Origin: Chloroflexota bacterium
GTDB taxonomy: Bacteria > Chloroflexota > Dehalococcoidia > GIF9 > UBA5629
Direction: 5' to 3'
Assembly: GCA_016865855.1 (NCBI GenBank)
Contig: VGNX01000001.1
Span: 1,060 to 65,059 of the forward strand
Length of the DNA: 64,000 nucleotides
The notes under the pieces are model-generated. The model was not told the origin of the DNA, did not search any database, and saw nothing but the letters and a program-made list of their open reading frames with translations. The position numbers were made by a program, and so were the translations under genes. Of this stretch, positions 7,783 to 16,136 are shown in pieces (position 1 is the stretch's first letter; every line of letters begins with the position of its first letter).

Positions 7783-10359
7783 TTAATGCAAGCCTGCCTC
7801 TTTTGCCTTCCGCTTCAATTCGTACAGTTTGGTGATGGCTTCAAGCGGGGACATGGAGTCGATATCGAGCTGGCTGATTTCTTCAACAAGCGGCGACTTA
7901 TCGCCGAAGAGGGGAAGCTGTGGGACTGGCTCTTTTTTAGGTCGACTGGCTTTATGCTGCTTCTGCCGAGGCTGGTCGCTTTCCAATTTTGCCAGAATCT
8001 CCTGAGCCCGGTGCACCACCGATGCCGGCAGCCCCGCCAGTTGAGCCACGTGAATGCCGTAGCTTTTGTCAGCACCACCAGGTACAACTTTGCGCAGGAA
8101 AATAACCTTGCCTTCCTCTTCGGTCACCGCCACGTTGAAATTCTTAACCCGAGGCAAGAAGCTTGCCAGCTCCACGAGTTCATGATAATGGGTGGCGAAA
8201 AGGGTCTTTGCCCTGAGCCTGGGATGATTGTGGATAAACTCGGCTACCGCCCAGGCGATAGAAAGCCCGTCATAAGTGCTCGTACCCCGCCCGATTTCAT
8301 CGAGTATAATCAGCGACTTTGGACTGGCATTATTGAGTATGTTAGCAGCCTCTATCATCTCCACCATAAACGTTGACTGCCCGGCAGCCAAATCTTCCTG
8401 AGCTCCTATCCTGGTAAAAATGCGGTCGACGATGCCTATGGTCGCTATATCAACTGGAACAAAACTGCCAATCTGAGCCAGTAAGACAATCAGCGCCACC
8501 TGCTTCAGATAGGTGGACTTCCCCGACATATTAGGACCAGTAAGGATAATGAGCTGCGTGTCCTTGTTGCACAGGTAAGTATCGTTGGGCACAAAACCAT
8601 CACCGCTCAAGCTCCTCTCCACCACCGGATGTCGTCCCCCTTTGATGGTTATGGCTTCGTCGGCAGTCAGTTCCGGCCTGACATATCTATATCTGACTGC
8701 CGCCTCAGCCAGACTGGAAAAGACATCGATCTCGGCCAGAGCCTTGGCTGAAGATAATATTCGCTCGCCGACGCTGGCTATTTGCTGGCAGACCTGTCGG
8801 AAAATCGCCGTCTCAAGCTCGACTATCCTATCCTGGGCATTGAGAATTACCGACTCATACTCCTTGAGCTCCGGAGTAAAGAACCGCTCCGCCCCGGTGA
8901 GCGTCTGCTTTCGAATATAATTATCAGGCACAAGACCCAGATTAGACTTAGACACCTCGATGTAATAGCCGAAAACCTTGTTATAGCCTACCTTCAAAGA
9001 CTTAATGCCGGTGCGCTCTCGCTCCTGCCGCTCAAGATTCGCTAAGTAGTTTTTAGCCTCTGTTGCCGCTTGTCGGATGCCGTCCAGTTCTTGAGAAAAA
9101 CCAGCTCTTATGACTCCACCCCGCTCCAGACTGGCGCCAGGCTCATCGACAATTGCCTGTGTAATTAAGTCAATGACATCAGGACACGGCTTCAATTCAG
9201 CACTCAACAAGGCTGGAAAACCTTCAACTTCTTCTACTTCTGCCTTCACCTCAGACAGTTTCTCGAGGCTGAAGCGCAGCGCCACCAGGTCCCTGGGAGT
9301 AGCTATGCCGCCTCTTATGCGATTAACCAGCCGCTCCAGGTCGGCAATGCCTCCGAGGAGTGACATGACCTTGTGACGAACCAGCGTATTCTCGCAGAAC
9401 CAGGCTACAGCTTCTTGCCGACTAATCAATTGATTTATGTCAAGAAGCGGCTGCCCCAGCCACTTCTTGAGCAGCCTGCCACCCATCGCCGTCTTAGTTA
9501 AATCGATTACAGAAAGTAGAGACCCAGAGCTGGCTCCCCAGCGAGCGCTGGCAAAAAGCTCAAGGTTGTGCCTGGTATGGGCATCGAGAACCATGAAAGA
9601 TTGAGTTGAATAGGTAGCCAGATGGTCCAATTGACCCAGCGCCGTCTTTTGGTTCGCCTGCAGATAGTGGACGATTGAGCCAGCAGCCCTGATAGCCAGA
9701 GGTAAGTGGGCACAGCCATATCCCTCAAGAGAAGCCACTGCAAAATGGTCAATTAAAGTTTGATTTGCAGTTTCTAAATCAAACCAGTAATCATCGAGCC
9801 TTGTCACTGAGGTTGGCAACGTCAAACCGCCGGCATCCAAGCTCTCGGGGAGTAGAAGCTCAGCCGGGTGAAGACGCTCCAGTTCATCGGAAATTTGACT
9901 AGCCGGAAGTTGAGTAGTGGCAAACTCACCGGTGGTTATGTCCGCATAAGAGATGCCCGCATCATCGCCGTCAACAATCAGGCTGACCAGATAGTTATTA
10001 TTTTTATCGGAAAGAAGCCCCGGTTCAACCACCGTCCCCGGCGTTACCACGCGGATGACCTCACGCTCCACAAGCCCCTTACCTGGCGGGGTCATCTGCT
10101 CACAAATAGCCACCTTATAGCCTTTATTGATGAGCTTAGCCAAGTAGTTATCGAGGGCGTGGAAAGGAATCCCGGCCATGGGCACCCGCTGCCCCTTCCC
10201 CATCTCCCTGGAAGTTAAGGTGATTTCCAGCTCTCGGGCAGTAGTTTTAGCATCATCGTCGAAGGTCTCGTAGAAATCACCCAGTCGGAAAAAGACTATG
10301 GTCTCAGGGTAGCGCTGTTTGATTCTAAGATATTGCCGCCTGAGAGGAGTTATCGGCAT
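7783..10359 (-). CDS. mutS: DNA mismatch repair protein MutS
   Basis: 858 aa. The N-terminus is MPITPLRRQYLRIKQRYPETIVFFRLGDFYETF, with Walker A GPNMSGKST and DEIGRGTSTYDG. Confidence 0.95.
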   Translation of the reverse strand: MPITPLRRQYLRIKQRYPETIVFFRLGDFYETFDDDAKTTARELEITLTSREMGKGQRVPMAGIPFHALDNYLAKLINKGYKVAICEQMTPPGKGLVEREVIRVVTPGTVVEPGLLSDKNNNYLVSLIVDGDDAGISYADITTGEFATTQLPASQISDELERLHPAELLLPESLDAGGLTLPTSVTRLDDYWFDLETANQTLIDHFAVASLEGYGCAHLPLAIRAAGSIVHYLQANQKTALGQLDHLATYSTQSFMVLDAHTRHNLELFASARWGASSGSLLSVIDLTKTAMGGRLLKKWLGQPLLDINQLISRQEAVAWFCENTLVRHKVMSLLGGIADLERLVNRIRGGIATPRDLVALRFSLEKLSEVKAEVEEVEGFPALLSAELKPCPDVIDLITQAIVDEPGASLERGGVIRAGFSQELDGIRQAATEAKNYLANLERQERERTGIKSLKVGYNKVFGYYIEVSKSNLGLVPDNYIRKQTLTGAERFFTPELKEYESVILNAQDRIVELETAIFRQVCQQIASVGERILSSAKALAEIDVFSSLAEAAVRYRYVRPELTADEAITIKGGRHPVVERSLSGDGFVPNDTYLCNKDTQLIILTGPNMSGKSTYLKQVALIVLLAQIGSFVPVDIATIGIVDRIFTRIGAQEDLAAGQSTFMVEMIEAANILNNASPKSLIILDEIGRGTSTYDGLSIAWAVAEFIHNHPRLRAKTLFATHYHELVELASFLPRVKNFNVAVTEEEGKVIFLRKVVPGGADKSYGIHVAQLAGLPASVVHRAQEILAKLESDQPRQKQHKASRPKKEPVPQLPLFGDKSPLVEEISQLDIDSMSPLEAITKLYELKRKAKEAGLH

Positions 10360-10455
10360 GTCCCACCCACCCCTATTTTACTACTTCCCCCACCGACGGC
10401 AAAGGTATTGTACTCGTTCAGTACATCAGTGATATTTCGCTTATTTGCATTTAGC

Positions 10456-10512
10456 ATGTAGCTGCGGGGCTTTAGCCCCACCCAGTGCGACCCTAAAGGG
10501 TCGCAGCTACAT
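10456..10512. repeat. REP-like compound palindrome (ATGTAGC...GGCTTTAGCC...GACCCTAAAGGGTC...GCTACAT)
   Basis: atgtagctgcggggctttagccccacccagtgcgaccctaaagggtcgcagctacat. Related copies are listed in the findings. Confidence 0.8.
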
Positions 10513-10580
10513 TTTGGGATAAATAAACGCATAATTGTGGAGCTGTTTACAGGAACTGCTCATGGCATAGAAGTAGGCCG

Positions 10581-11150
10581 TCACAGTCTTGGCTTGCAGA
10601 TTATCTCTTTCACTCTGAGGGAGAAGGCATCATGAGCATGGGCTGGTTTAACAACGATGGCTGTATCGGCCCCTCTTGCCGTCCCAGCTATTGCTATGAC
10701 CTCCTCATCTGGGCTTATGAGACCAGCGTCGGCGGCCATAAGACTTATCTCAATGGCTACCTTCACGCCCTGGCCAAACATCCGAAGCGTATTGGCCATG
10801 AAATCCCCGAGGACATGGGTGTTAAAAGACTTTCTTACGGCATGGGCTATGCCACCAAAGGCATGGGCGCCTGTAAAAATCTCCGCCCCCAGCTTCTCTA
10901 TCCTTGCCTTGTTTTCAGAAGTAAGTTCCTGAGTGCCCGGAGCCTTGAAGCCAGCGGTGTGGGATACCACAACAACTTTATAGTCCTTGAACTCTTCGGC
11001 AGCCTTAACACCAGTGTCACCCGTCGTTGAAGCCACCACGATTCTCTTTATGCCAAGCTCCTCAGCCCTGGCTTTGGCTAGCTTAAATGTCTCCTCCGTG
11101 TTGTCAGGGCCGAGAGAATCGAAATAAACAACGCTGGCTTCTCTTGTCAT
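10581..11150 (-). CDS. pyruvate kinase alpha/beta (C-terminal) domain-like protein
   Basis: About 189 aa from ATG 11150 (AAGGAG 6 nt upstream): MTREASVVYFDSLGPDNTEETFKLAKARAEELGIKRIVVASTTGDTG. This resembles stand-alone PK_C-domain proteins. The assignment is by recollection only. Confidence 0.55.
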   Translation of the reverse strand: MTREASVVYFDSLGPDNTEETFKLAKARAEELGIKRIVVASTTGDTGVKAAEEFKDYKVVVVSHTAGFKAPGTQELTSENKARIEKLGAEIFTGAHAFGGIAHAVRKSFNTHVLGDFMANTLRMFGQGVKVAIEISLMAADAGLISPDEEVIAIAGTARGADTAIVVKPAHAHDAFSLRVKEIICKPRL

Positions 11151-11200
11151 GGTGGCTCCTTTCAAGTCACAGAACTAGCTGATATTTAGGGCAAGTTCCG

Positions 11201-12046
11201 CTATTCAACCTTGAAAGACGCACTAGCCTTTTCCTCGCCATCAACAGACAGAACCACTTTATAATCCCCTTTCGGCCATTTATAGTCAGGGTTATCTGGA
11301 GGACGCTTCAATGCTATAGAAGTGTAACCATCACCCCCAATAGTTCCAGTGTTCGACTGTAATACGTTGCTTTCGCCAACTTCACCTACCGCCTCGCCCC
11401 CCACATATACCCACTCCGCCTTTATCCTGGTACCAGGTGGAAAATGGGATAACTTAAGCGAGCAGTAAAACGCCTCAGCGTCGGCAGTAAAAACACTGGT
11501 GGAGCGAAGCGGTCGATCATTGCTGTCGACGGCTGTTGCCATTGTAACATCAGTTACAGTGCCATCAGACGAGCTAGCTTCCTTCTCTTTAACCGTGAAA
11601 GGTATGCTTGCATCTTCTTTGCCATTAACATACAAAACTACTTTGCAATCTCCCTTCGGCCACTTGTAGCCGGGCAAAGGAGGACGGAGATAGGATACGA
11701 AAGCGTAGCGCGTCCCTTCAACAGTGATAGTTAGCTCATCCATAACGTAGTTCTTCCCAATCTGCGCTTCTACTTCCCCACTTACGTAAGTCCACTCCCC
11801 TTTTATTTCCGTCTCGGGCGGAGCATCAATGACTTTGAAGGAGCAGTAAAACGCATCGGCGTCGGGAGCAAAGACAGTAGTGGGGTGGAGCGGCCGACCA
11901 TTATCATCCACGGCTGCTGTCATTGTTATCTCTGTTAAAAGGCCACTGGTGGAGATTACTCCCTTTTTTCCACAACCCGTCAGTAAAACAGCCATTAAAA
12001 TCAGAGCTATAAAAATTTGAACTACCAACCAGTATCTTTTATTCAT
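11201..12046 (-). CDS. lipoprotein with two tandem homologous domains
   Basis: ATG 12046 has GGAGGG 5 nt upstream. The signal peptide plus lipobox reads MNKRYWLVVQIFIALILMAVLLTGC. Two roughly 115-aa repeats both end in YKWPKGD(C/Y)KVVL..(N/D)G(K/E)E. Confidence 0.7.
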   Translation of the reverse strand: MNKRYWLVVQIFIALILMAVLLTGCGKKGVISTSGLLTEITMTAAVDDNGRPLHPTTVFAPDADAFYCSFKVIDAPPETEIKGEWTYVSGEVEAQIGKNYVMDELTITVEGTRYAFVSYLRPPLPGYKWPKGDCKVVLYVNGKEDASIPFTVKEKEASSSDGTVTDVTMATAVDSNDRPLRSTSVFTADAEAFYCSLKLSHFPPGTRIKAEWVYVGGEAVGEVGESNVLQSNTGTIGGDGYTSIALKRPPDNPDYKWPKGDYKVVLSVDGEEKASASFKVE

Positions 12047-12200
12047 ATATACCCTCCGCAATGTGTTTTTTAGCGCCGACAAGAAATCGTAAAACTTGTG
12101 GCCACTTTTGTCAAACTGTGATTTATTCACTTTTTTAAAAAGGTAAGATTAAACCCCCCAAAAAATATTGACAAACTGAAAAAAGTATGTTAGCGTATTA

Positions 12201-12232
12201 ATGAAATGTATTTCATTTATGATGTTTCATAA
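12201..12232. promoter_or_regulatory. two adjacent perfect palindromes upstream of kamA
   Basis: ATGAAAT-GT-ATTTCAT lies at 12201..12216 and TTATGA-TGTT-TCATAA at 12217..12232, in an AT-rich leader 44 nt before the kamA ATG. Confidence 0.3.
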
Positions 12233-12275
12233 TTTACTCAGCATTCTATTATAATAAATTGAGGAGAATCAATAG

Positions 12276-13646
12276 ATGACGAAATCAGCGGCATTAAAGA
12301 ACCAAGTCGAGGAAGAAGAACCTCCTGGCATCACCACCACAAGAAATGAAGTGGTGGCTGAGGAAGAAGAACCTCCAGGTAAGATGGCCGTTACCGATGG
12401 TACGGCCGTTATCAATAGAAAAAGGTTCTTTTCCCATATTCCAGAGGAAAATTGGAACGACTGGAAATGGCAATTCCGTAACCGCATTACCACCGTTGAA
12501 GAACTAGTAACTTTTATCCCTCTTTCAGCCAAAGAAAAAGCTCAGCTCAAATTAGTAACCGCAAAATATCCTCTTTCAGTAAGTCCATATTATCTCTCCC
12601 TAATCAACATATACGATCCTGACGACCCTATCAGGAAACAAGCAATACCTTCTTTCGAAGAGGTAACCCTCGGCAACATAGGTTTTGAAGACCCACTTGG
12701 AGAAAAAAGAGACTCCGTGGTCCCAGGTCTGGTCCACCGTTACCCAGACAGGATATTGATGGTGCTCACGGACATCTGTCCCATGCTTTGTCGCCACTGT
12801 ACACGGAAAAGAGAATGGCACAATGGCGGCTGGGTACGCACCCCGGGCGAAATCAAGACAATGCTAGACTACATCCGCAGGCACAAGACCATCAGAGACG
12901 TCATTCTCTCCGGCGGTGACCCCTTAACTCTTTCCACACGCCGCTTAGAAGATGTCATTTCCAAATTGAGACAAATAGACCATATTGAGATAATCCGCAT
13001 CGGCACCAGATTCCCCGTGGTGCTGCCGCAGCGCATAGATGACGAGTTGTGCAGCATGCTGTCAAAGTATGGGCCGATATGGCTTAACACTCAGTTCAAC
13101 CACCCTCGTGAGCTAACGCCTGAATCAGCGGCAGCCTGTGATCGTCTCCTGCGGGCTGGAGTCCCGATAAGCAATCAATCTGTGCTCCTTCGTGGTATAA
13201 ACGATAATGTGGAAACACAGACAAAACTCTGTAATGGACTCCTTAAGATAAAGGTGCGCCCCTACTATCTTTTCCAGTGCGACGAGGTTCAGGGAACGGA
13301 ACACCTACGCACCCCTGTAGAAACCGGAATCAAAATAATAGAGGGCATGCGTGGCCATACCTCAGGCCTGGCCATCCCTACCTTCGTTATAGACCTACCC
13401 GAGGGCGGTGGCAAAGTTCCTCTCCAGCCGAACTATGTGTTGACGCAAACAAAGGAAGACCTGGTATTAAGGAATTATCAGGGACGCTTCGTCTGGTACC
13501 GAAACCCTAAAGACAAAACCGGTTCCGAGCCAGCCGGCGAAGCAGCATTGGCCAACAACCCGCCTACTGAAATGCCTGACGAAACAGAGCGTCAGCTCCA
13601 ACCGGTGAGAGTCAGAAATGAAAATAGGGCTCGCATACGACCTTAA
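12276..13646 (+). CDS. kamA: lysine 2,3-aminomutase family radical SAM enzyme (KamA/AblA-like)
   Basis: Contains CPMLCRHCTRK (CxxxCxxC), WNDWKWQFRNRI, GGDPL and a PEGGGK tail. QCDEVQG and VIDLPEGGGK retain the two Asp positions that, as I recall, bind the lysine epsilon-ammonium in Clostridium LAM. GAGGAG lies 8 nt before ATG 12276. The N-terminus has two EEEEPPG motifs. Confidence 0.85.
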   Translation: MTKSAALKNQVEEEEPPGITTTRNEVVAEEEEPPGKMAVTDGTAVINRKRFFSHIPEENWNDWKWQFRNRITTVEELVTFIPLSAKEKAQLKLVTAKYPLSVSPYYLSLINIYDPDDPIRKQAIPSFEEVTLGNIGFEDPLGEKRDSVVPGLVHRYPDRILMVLTDICPMLCRHCTRKREWHNGGWVRTPGEIKTMLDYIRRHKTIRDVILSGGDPLTLSTRRLEDVISKLRQIDHIEIIRIGTRFPVVLPQRIDDELCSMLSKYGPIWLNTQFNHPRELTPESAAACDRLLRAGVPISNQSVLLRGINDNVETQTKLCNGLLKIKVRPYYLFQCDEVQGTEHLRTPVETGIKIIEGMRGHTSGLAIPTFVIDLPEGGGKVPLQPNYVLTQTKEDLVLRNYQGRFVWYRNPKDKTGSEPAGEAALANNPPTEMPDETERQLQPVRVRNENRARIRP

Positions 13647-14625
13647 AGAGGCGGTCGGCGCTGCACCAGGCTGCCCCGAGGATGCCCTCGAGGAGTATGA
13701 CTCACCTGAAACAGTGGAGGCTATTGCCACTGCATTAGAGCCCTTGGGGCACTCAGTGGTCAAGCTGGGCGGCGGCAGAGAGTTCATAACTAACATTCTC
13801 CAGAATAACATCGATTTTGTCTTCAACATCTCCGAAGGGCTGGGCAATCATCGAAGCCGAGAGGCTCAGGTACCCGCCATCCTGGAAATGCTCGATATAC
13901 CTTATTCAGGTTCAGACCCACAGTGCCTGGCAATATGTCTGGATAAACCCTTAACTAAGAGGTTGGTGGCAACTGCAGGAATTCGCACCCCAAGATGGCA
14001 GTTGGTTACGGATTACAGCCAGTTAAAAGAAATACCCCTCGACGGGTTCCCGCTGCCCGCTTTTGTCAAGCCGGCCTACGAAGGTTCAAGCAAGGGCATT
14101 CGCCTTGGTTCCCGGACTGAGACTGCGGCACAAATAGCCGAAGTAGCAGCAGAACTTCTTGAGCACTACAGGCAGCCGGTGATGGTAGAGGAATTCATCG
14201 CCGGTGATGAGGTGCCGGTGGGCATGGTCGGTAATTCCCCAGCGAAGGTTCTAGGCATAATGCGTGTTCTAGCCAAGAAAAGTAGTGCCTATTTTATCTA
14301 TTCGCTTGAAGTAAAACGGGAATGGGAGCAGCTGGTAGACTACGAATGTCCCGCCCAGTTGGAGACAGGCATCCTGGAGGAAATTGCGAATTCAAGCCTC
14401 AGGGTTTTCAAGGTTTTGGGCTGCCGTGACTTTGCCAGGCTTGACTTCAAACTCAGCTCCGAAGGGGTGCCCTACTTCCTGGAGATAAATCCGCTGGCAG
14501 GGCTCAACCCGAAGAGCGGTGACCTGCCCATTATGGCTAACAAACTGGGCTGGAGCTATCAGACTCTCATCTCAGCTATACTCAATGCCGCTTTGCAAAG
14601 GTACCCGCAGTGTGTCCGAGGATAG
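13618..14625 (+). CDS. D-alanine--D-alanine ligase family ATP-grasp enzyme (paralog 1)
   Basis: 335 aa: MKIGLAYDLKE..., FVKPAYEGSSKGI, ARLDFKLSSEGVPYFLEINPLAGLNP. Its start overlaps the kamA 3' end by 29 nt. Confidence 0.8.
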   Translation: MKIGLAYDLKEAVGAAPGCPEDALEEYDSPETVEAIATALEPLGHSVVKLGGGREFITNILQNNIDFVFNISEGLGNHRSREAQVPAILEMLDIPYSGSDPQCLAICLDKPLTKRLVATAGIRTPRWQLVTDYSQLKEIPLDGFPLPAFVKPAYEGSSKGIRLGSRTETAAQIAEVAAELLEHYRQPVMVEEFIAGDEVPVGMVGNSPAKVLGIMRVLAKKSSAYFIYSLEVKREWEQLVDYECPAQLETGILEEIANSSLRVFKVLGCRDFARLDFKLSSEGVPYFLEINPLAGLNPKSGDLPIMANKLGWSYQTLISAILNAALQRYPQCVRG

Positions 14626-15608
14626 CGATTATCTATAATGAACCCACCCCTGACCTTTATGGGAGCATTGTAGAAAAGAAGGCATCGCTCGCTATTCTCG
14701 ACGGAGTGGAGGCAGTCCACCAAGCCCTGACTGAGTCTGGATACCCTGTTGCTCGCCTACCCCTGCTACCACCACTCGAGTCAGCCAGAGAAAGCCTAAA
14801 AGGCTTAGAAGCAGATTTGGTGTTCAATCTATTCGAAGGCTTTGATGGCAACCCAGAAACTGAGGCTTATGTGGCTGAGTTTCTTTCTGAGCTGGGATTA
14901 ACCTGCACCGGTTGCCCTGGAACTGCCTTGTCCCTGGGATTAGACAAAATAAAAACAAAGGCACACCTAGCAGCAATAGGGATAGACACACCCAGGTACC
15001 AGCTGTTAGGCCCCAAGGCCATATCTTTGTTTCACCTGGACTATCCCTGCATCGTGAAACCGTACGCCGAGGACGGAAGCAACGGCATATCAGAAGAAAG
15101 CGTGGTGCACGACTTCGCCTCACTGGGAAAACAGGTAACAACGCTAAGTAAGTGTTTTGGGAGAAGGGCACTGGTGGAGGAGTTCGTTGATGGCCGTGAA
15201 TTCAATGTTACAGTCCTAGGAACCAGGGAACCCAAGGCCTTACCCATCTCCGAAATAGTATATTCACTGCCGCCTGAGATGCCCAGGATTCTCACCTTCT
15301 CCGCCAAATGGGACTCCCAAAGCATCTATTTCGAGCATACCAAAGCTGTCTGCCCGGCCGAAATAGACATTGAGCTACGAGAGCGCATCATTCAGACTGC
15401 TCTCCTCGCTTTCAGGCTGCTGGGCTCTCGCGGTTACGCCAGGATAGATTTTCGACTGGATACCAAAGAGCAGCTGAAAGTCATAGAGCTAAACCCCAAT
15501 CCTGATATATCCCCTGACGCCGGTGCAGCGCTTCAAGCTCAGGCTGCCGGGATGACCTATAACCGGTTTATTGAACAGATTGTGCAGCTTGCTCTTGAGA
15601 GAAGATGA
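14610..15608 (+). CDS. D-alanine--D-alanine ligase family ATP-grasp enzyme (paralog 2)
   Basis: 332 aa: IVKPYAEDGSNGI, ARIDFRLDTKEQLKVIELNPNPDISP. It overlaps the upstream gene by 16 nt. Confidence 0.8.
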   Translation: MCPRIAIIYNEPTPDLYGSIVEKKASLAILDGVEAVHQALTESGYPVARLPLLPPLESARESLKGLEADLVFNLFEGFDGNPETEAYVAEFLSELGLTCTGCPGTALSLGLDKIKTKAHLAAIGIDTPRYQLLGPKAISLFHLDYPCIVKPYAEDGSNGISEESVVHDFASLGKQVTTLSKCFGRRALVEEFVDGREFNVTVLGTREPKALPISEIVYSLPPEMPRILTFSAKWDSQSIYFEHTKAVCPAEIDIELRERIIQTALLAFRLLGSRGYARIDFRLDTKEQLKVIELNPNPDISPDAGAALQAQAAGMTYNRFIEQIVQLALERR

Positions 15609-16090
15609 GAATGAGACCAAAAGTCAGGCCGATGACCGACGAAGACAAACCAGCCATAATTCAAATGTTACGGAATATTCCGGAATTCAAGCCGGTCGAG
15701 GTAGATATAGCCGAGGAGGTTCTTGATAGCTACCTGTGCGACTCGATTCGGTCGGGCTACCATGTCTTCGTGGCAGAAGTCGGCTCATCAATTGCTGGAT
15801 ATATTTGCTATGGGCCCACCCCACTGACTGAAGGTACCTGGGACATATACTGGTTGGCAGTAGCGCCAACTCAACAAAGCCAAGGCATAGGAAAAGCCCT
15901 GCTGACTTTCGCCGAGGGTAACATTAAAGAAACGCAGGGCAGGCTGGCTCTCATTGAGACATCTTCCAAGCCAGAATATGAGGCAACAAGACGCTTTCAC
16001 CGAGCACAAGGCTACGAACTGGCTTGCCGCATTGCCGACTTCTATGCGCCCGGCGATGATAAACTTGTCTTCCAGAAACGGCTGAGTTAA
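15605..16090 (+). CDS. GNAT family N-acetyltransferase
   Basis: 161 aa with acetyl-CoA motif A (WLAVAPTQQSQGIGKALL). It shares an ATGA start/stop overlap with the preceding ATP-grasp gene. Confidence 0.8.
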   Translation: MRMRPKVRPMTDEDKPAIIQMLRNIPEFKPVEVDIAEEVLDSYLCDSIRSGYHVFVAEVGSSIAGYICYGPTPLTEGTWDIYWLAVAPTQQSQGIGKALLTFAEGNIKETQGRLALIETSSKPEYEATRRFHRAQGYELACRIADFYAPGDDKLVFQKRLS

Positions 16091-16136
16091 GCTATACTTC
16101 AGAACAGGTCAACAAGAGATTTTCCCGATTACCGCC

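Noticed and set aside
7780-8376. 198-aa ORF antisense to mutS, and other long antisense ORFs (8585..8920, 9110..9376, 9868..10218)
   Set aside because: They lie entirely within the strongly supported mutS coding region on the opposite strand, and their composition is typical of antisense frames.
12269-12532. 87-aa minus-strand ORF over the kamA start
   Set aside because: It is antisense to the kamA 5' region. Its Ser-rich low-complexity sequence mirrors the GAA/GAG-rich EEEEPPG repeats on the coding strand.
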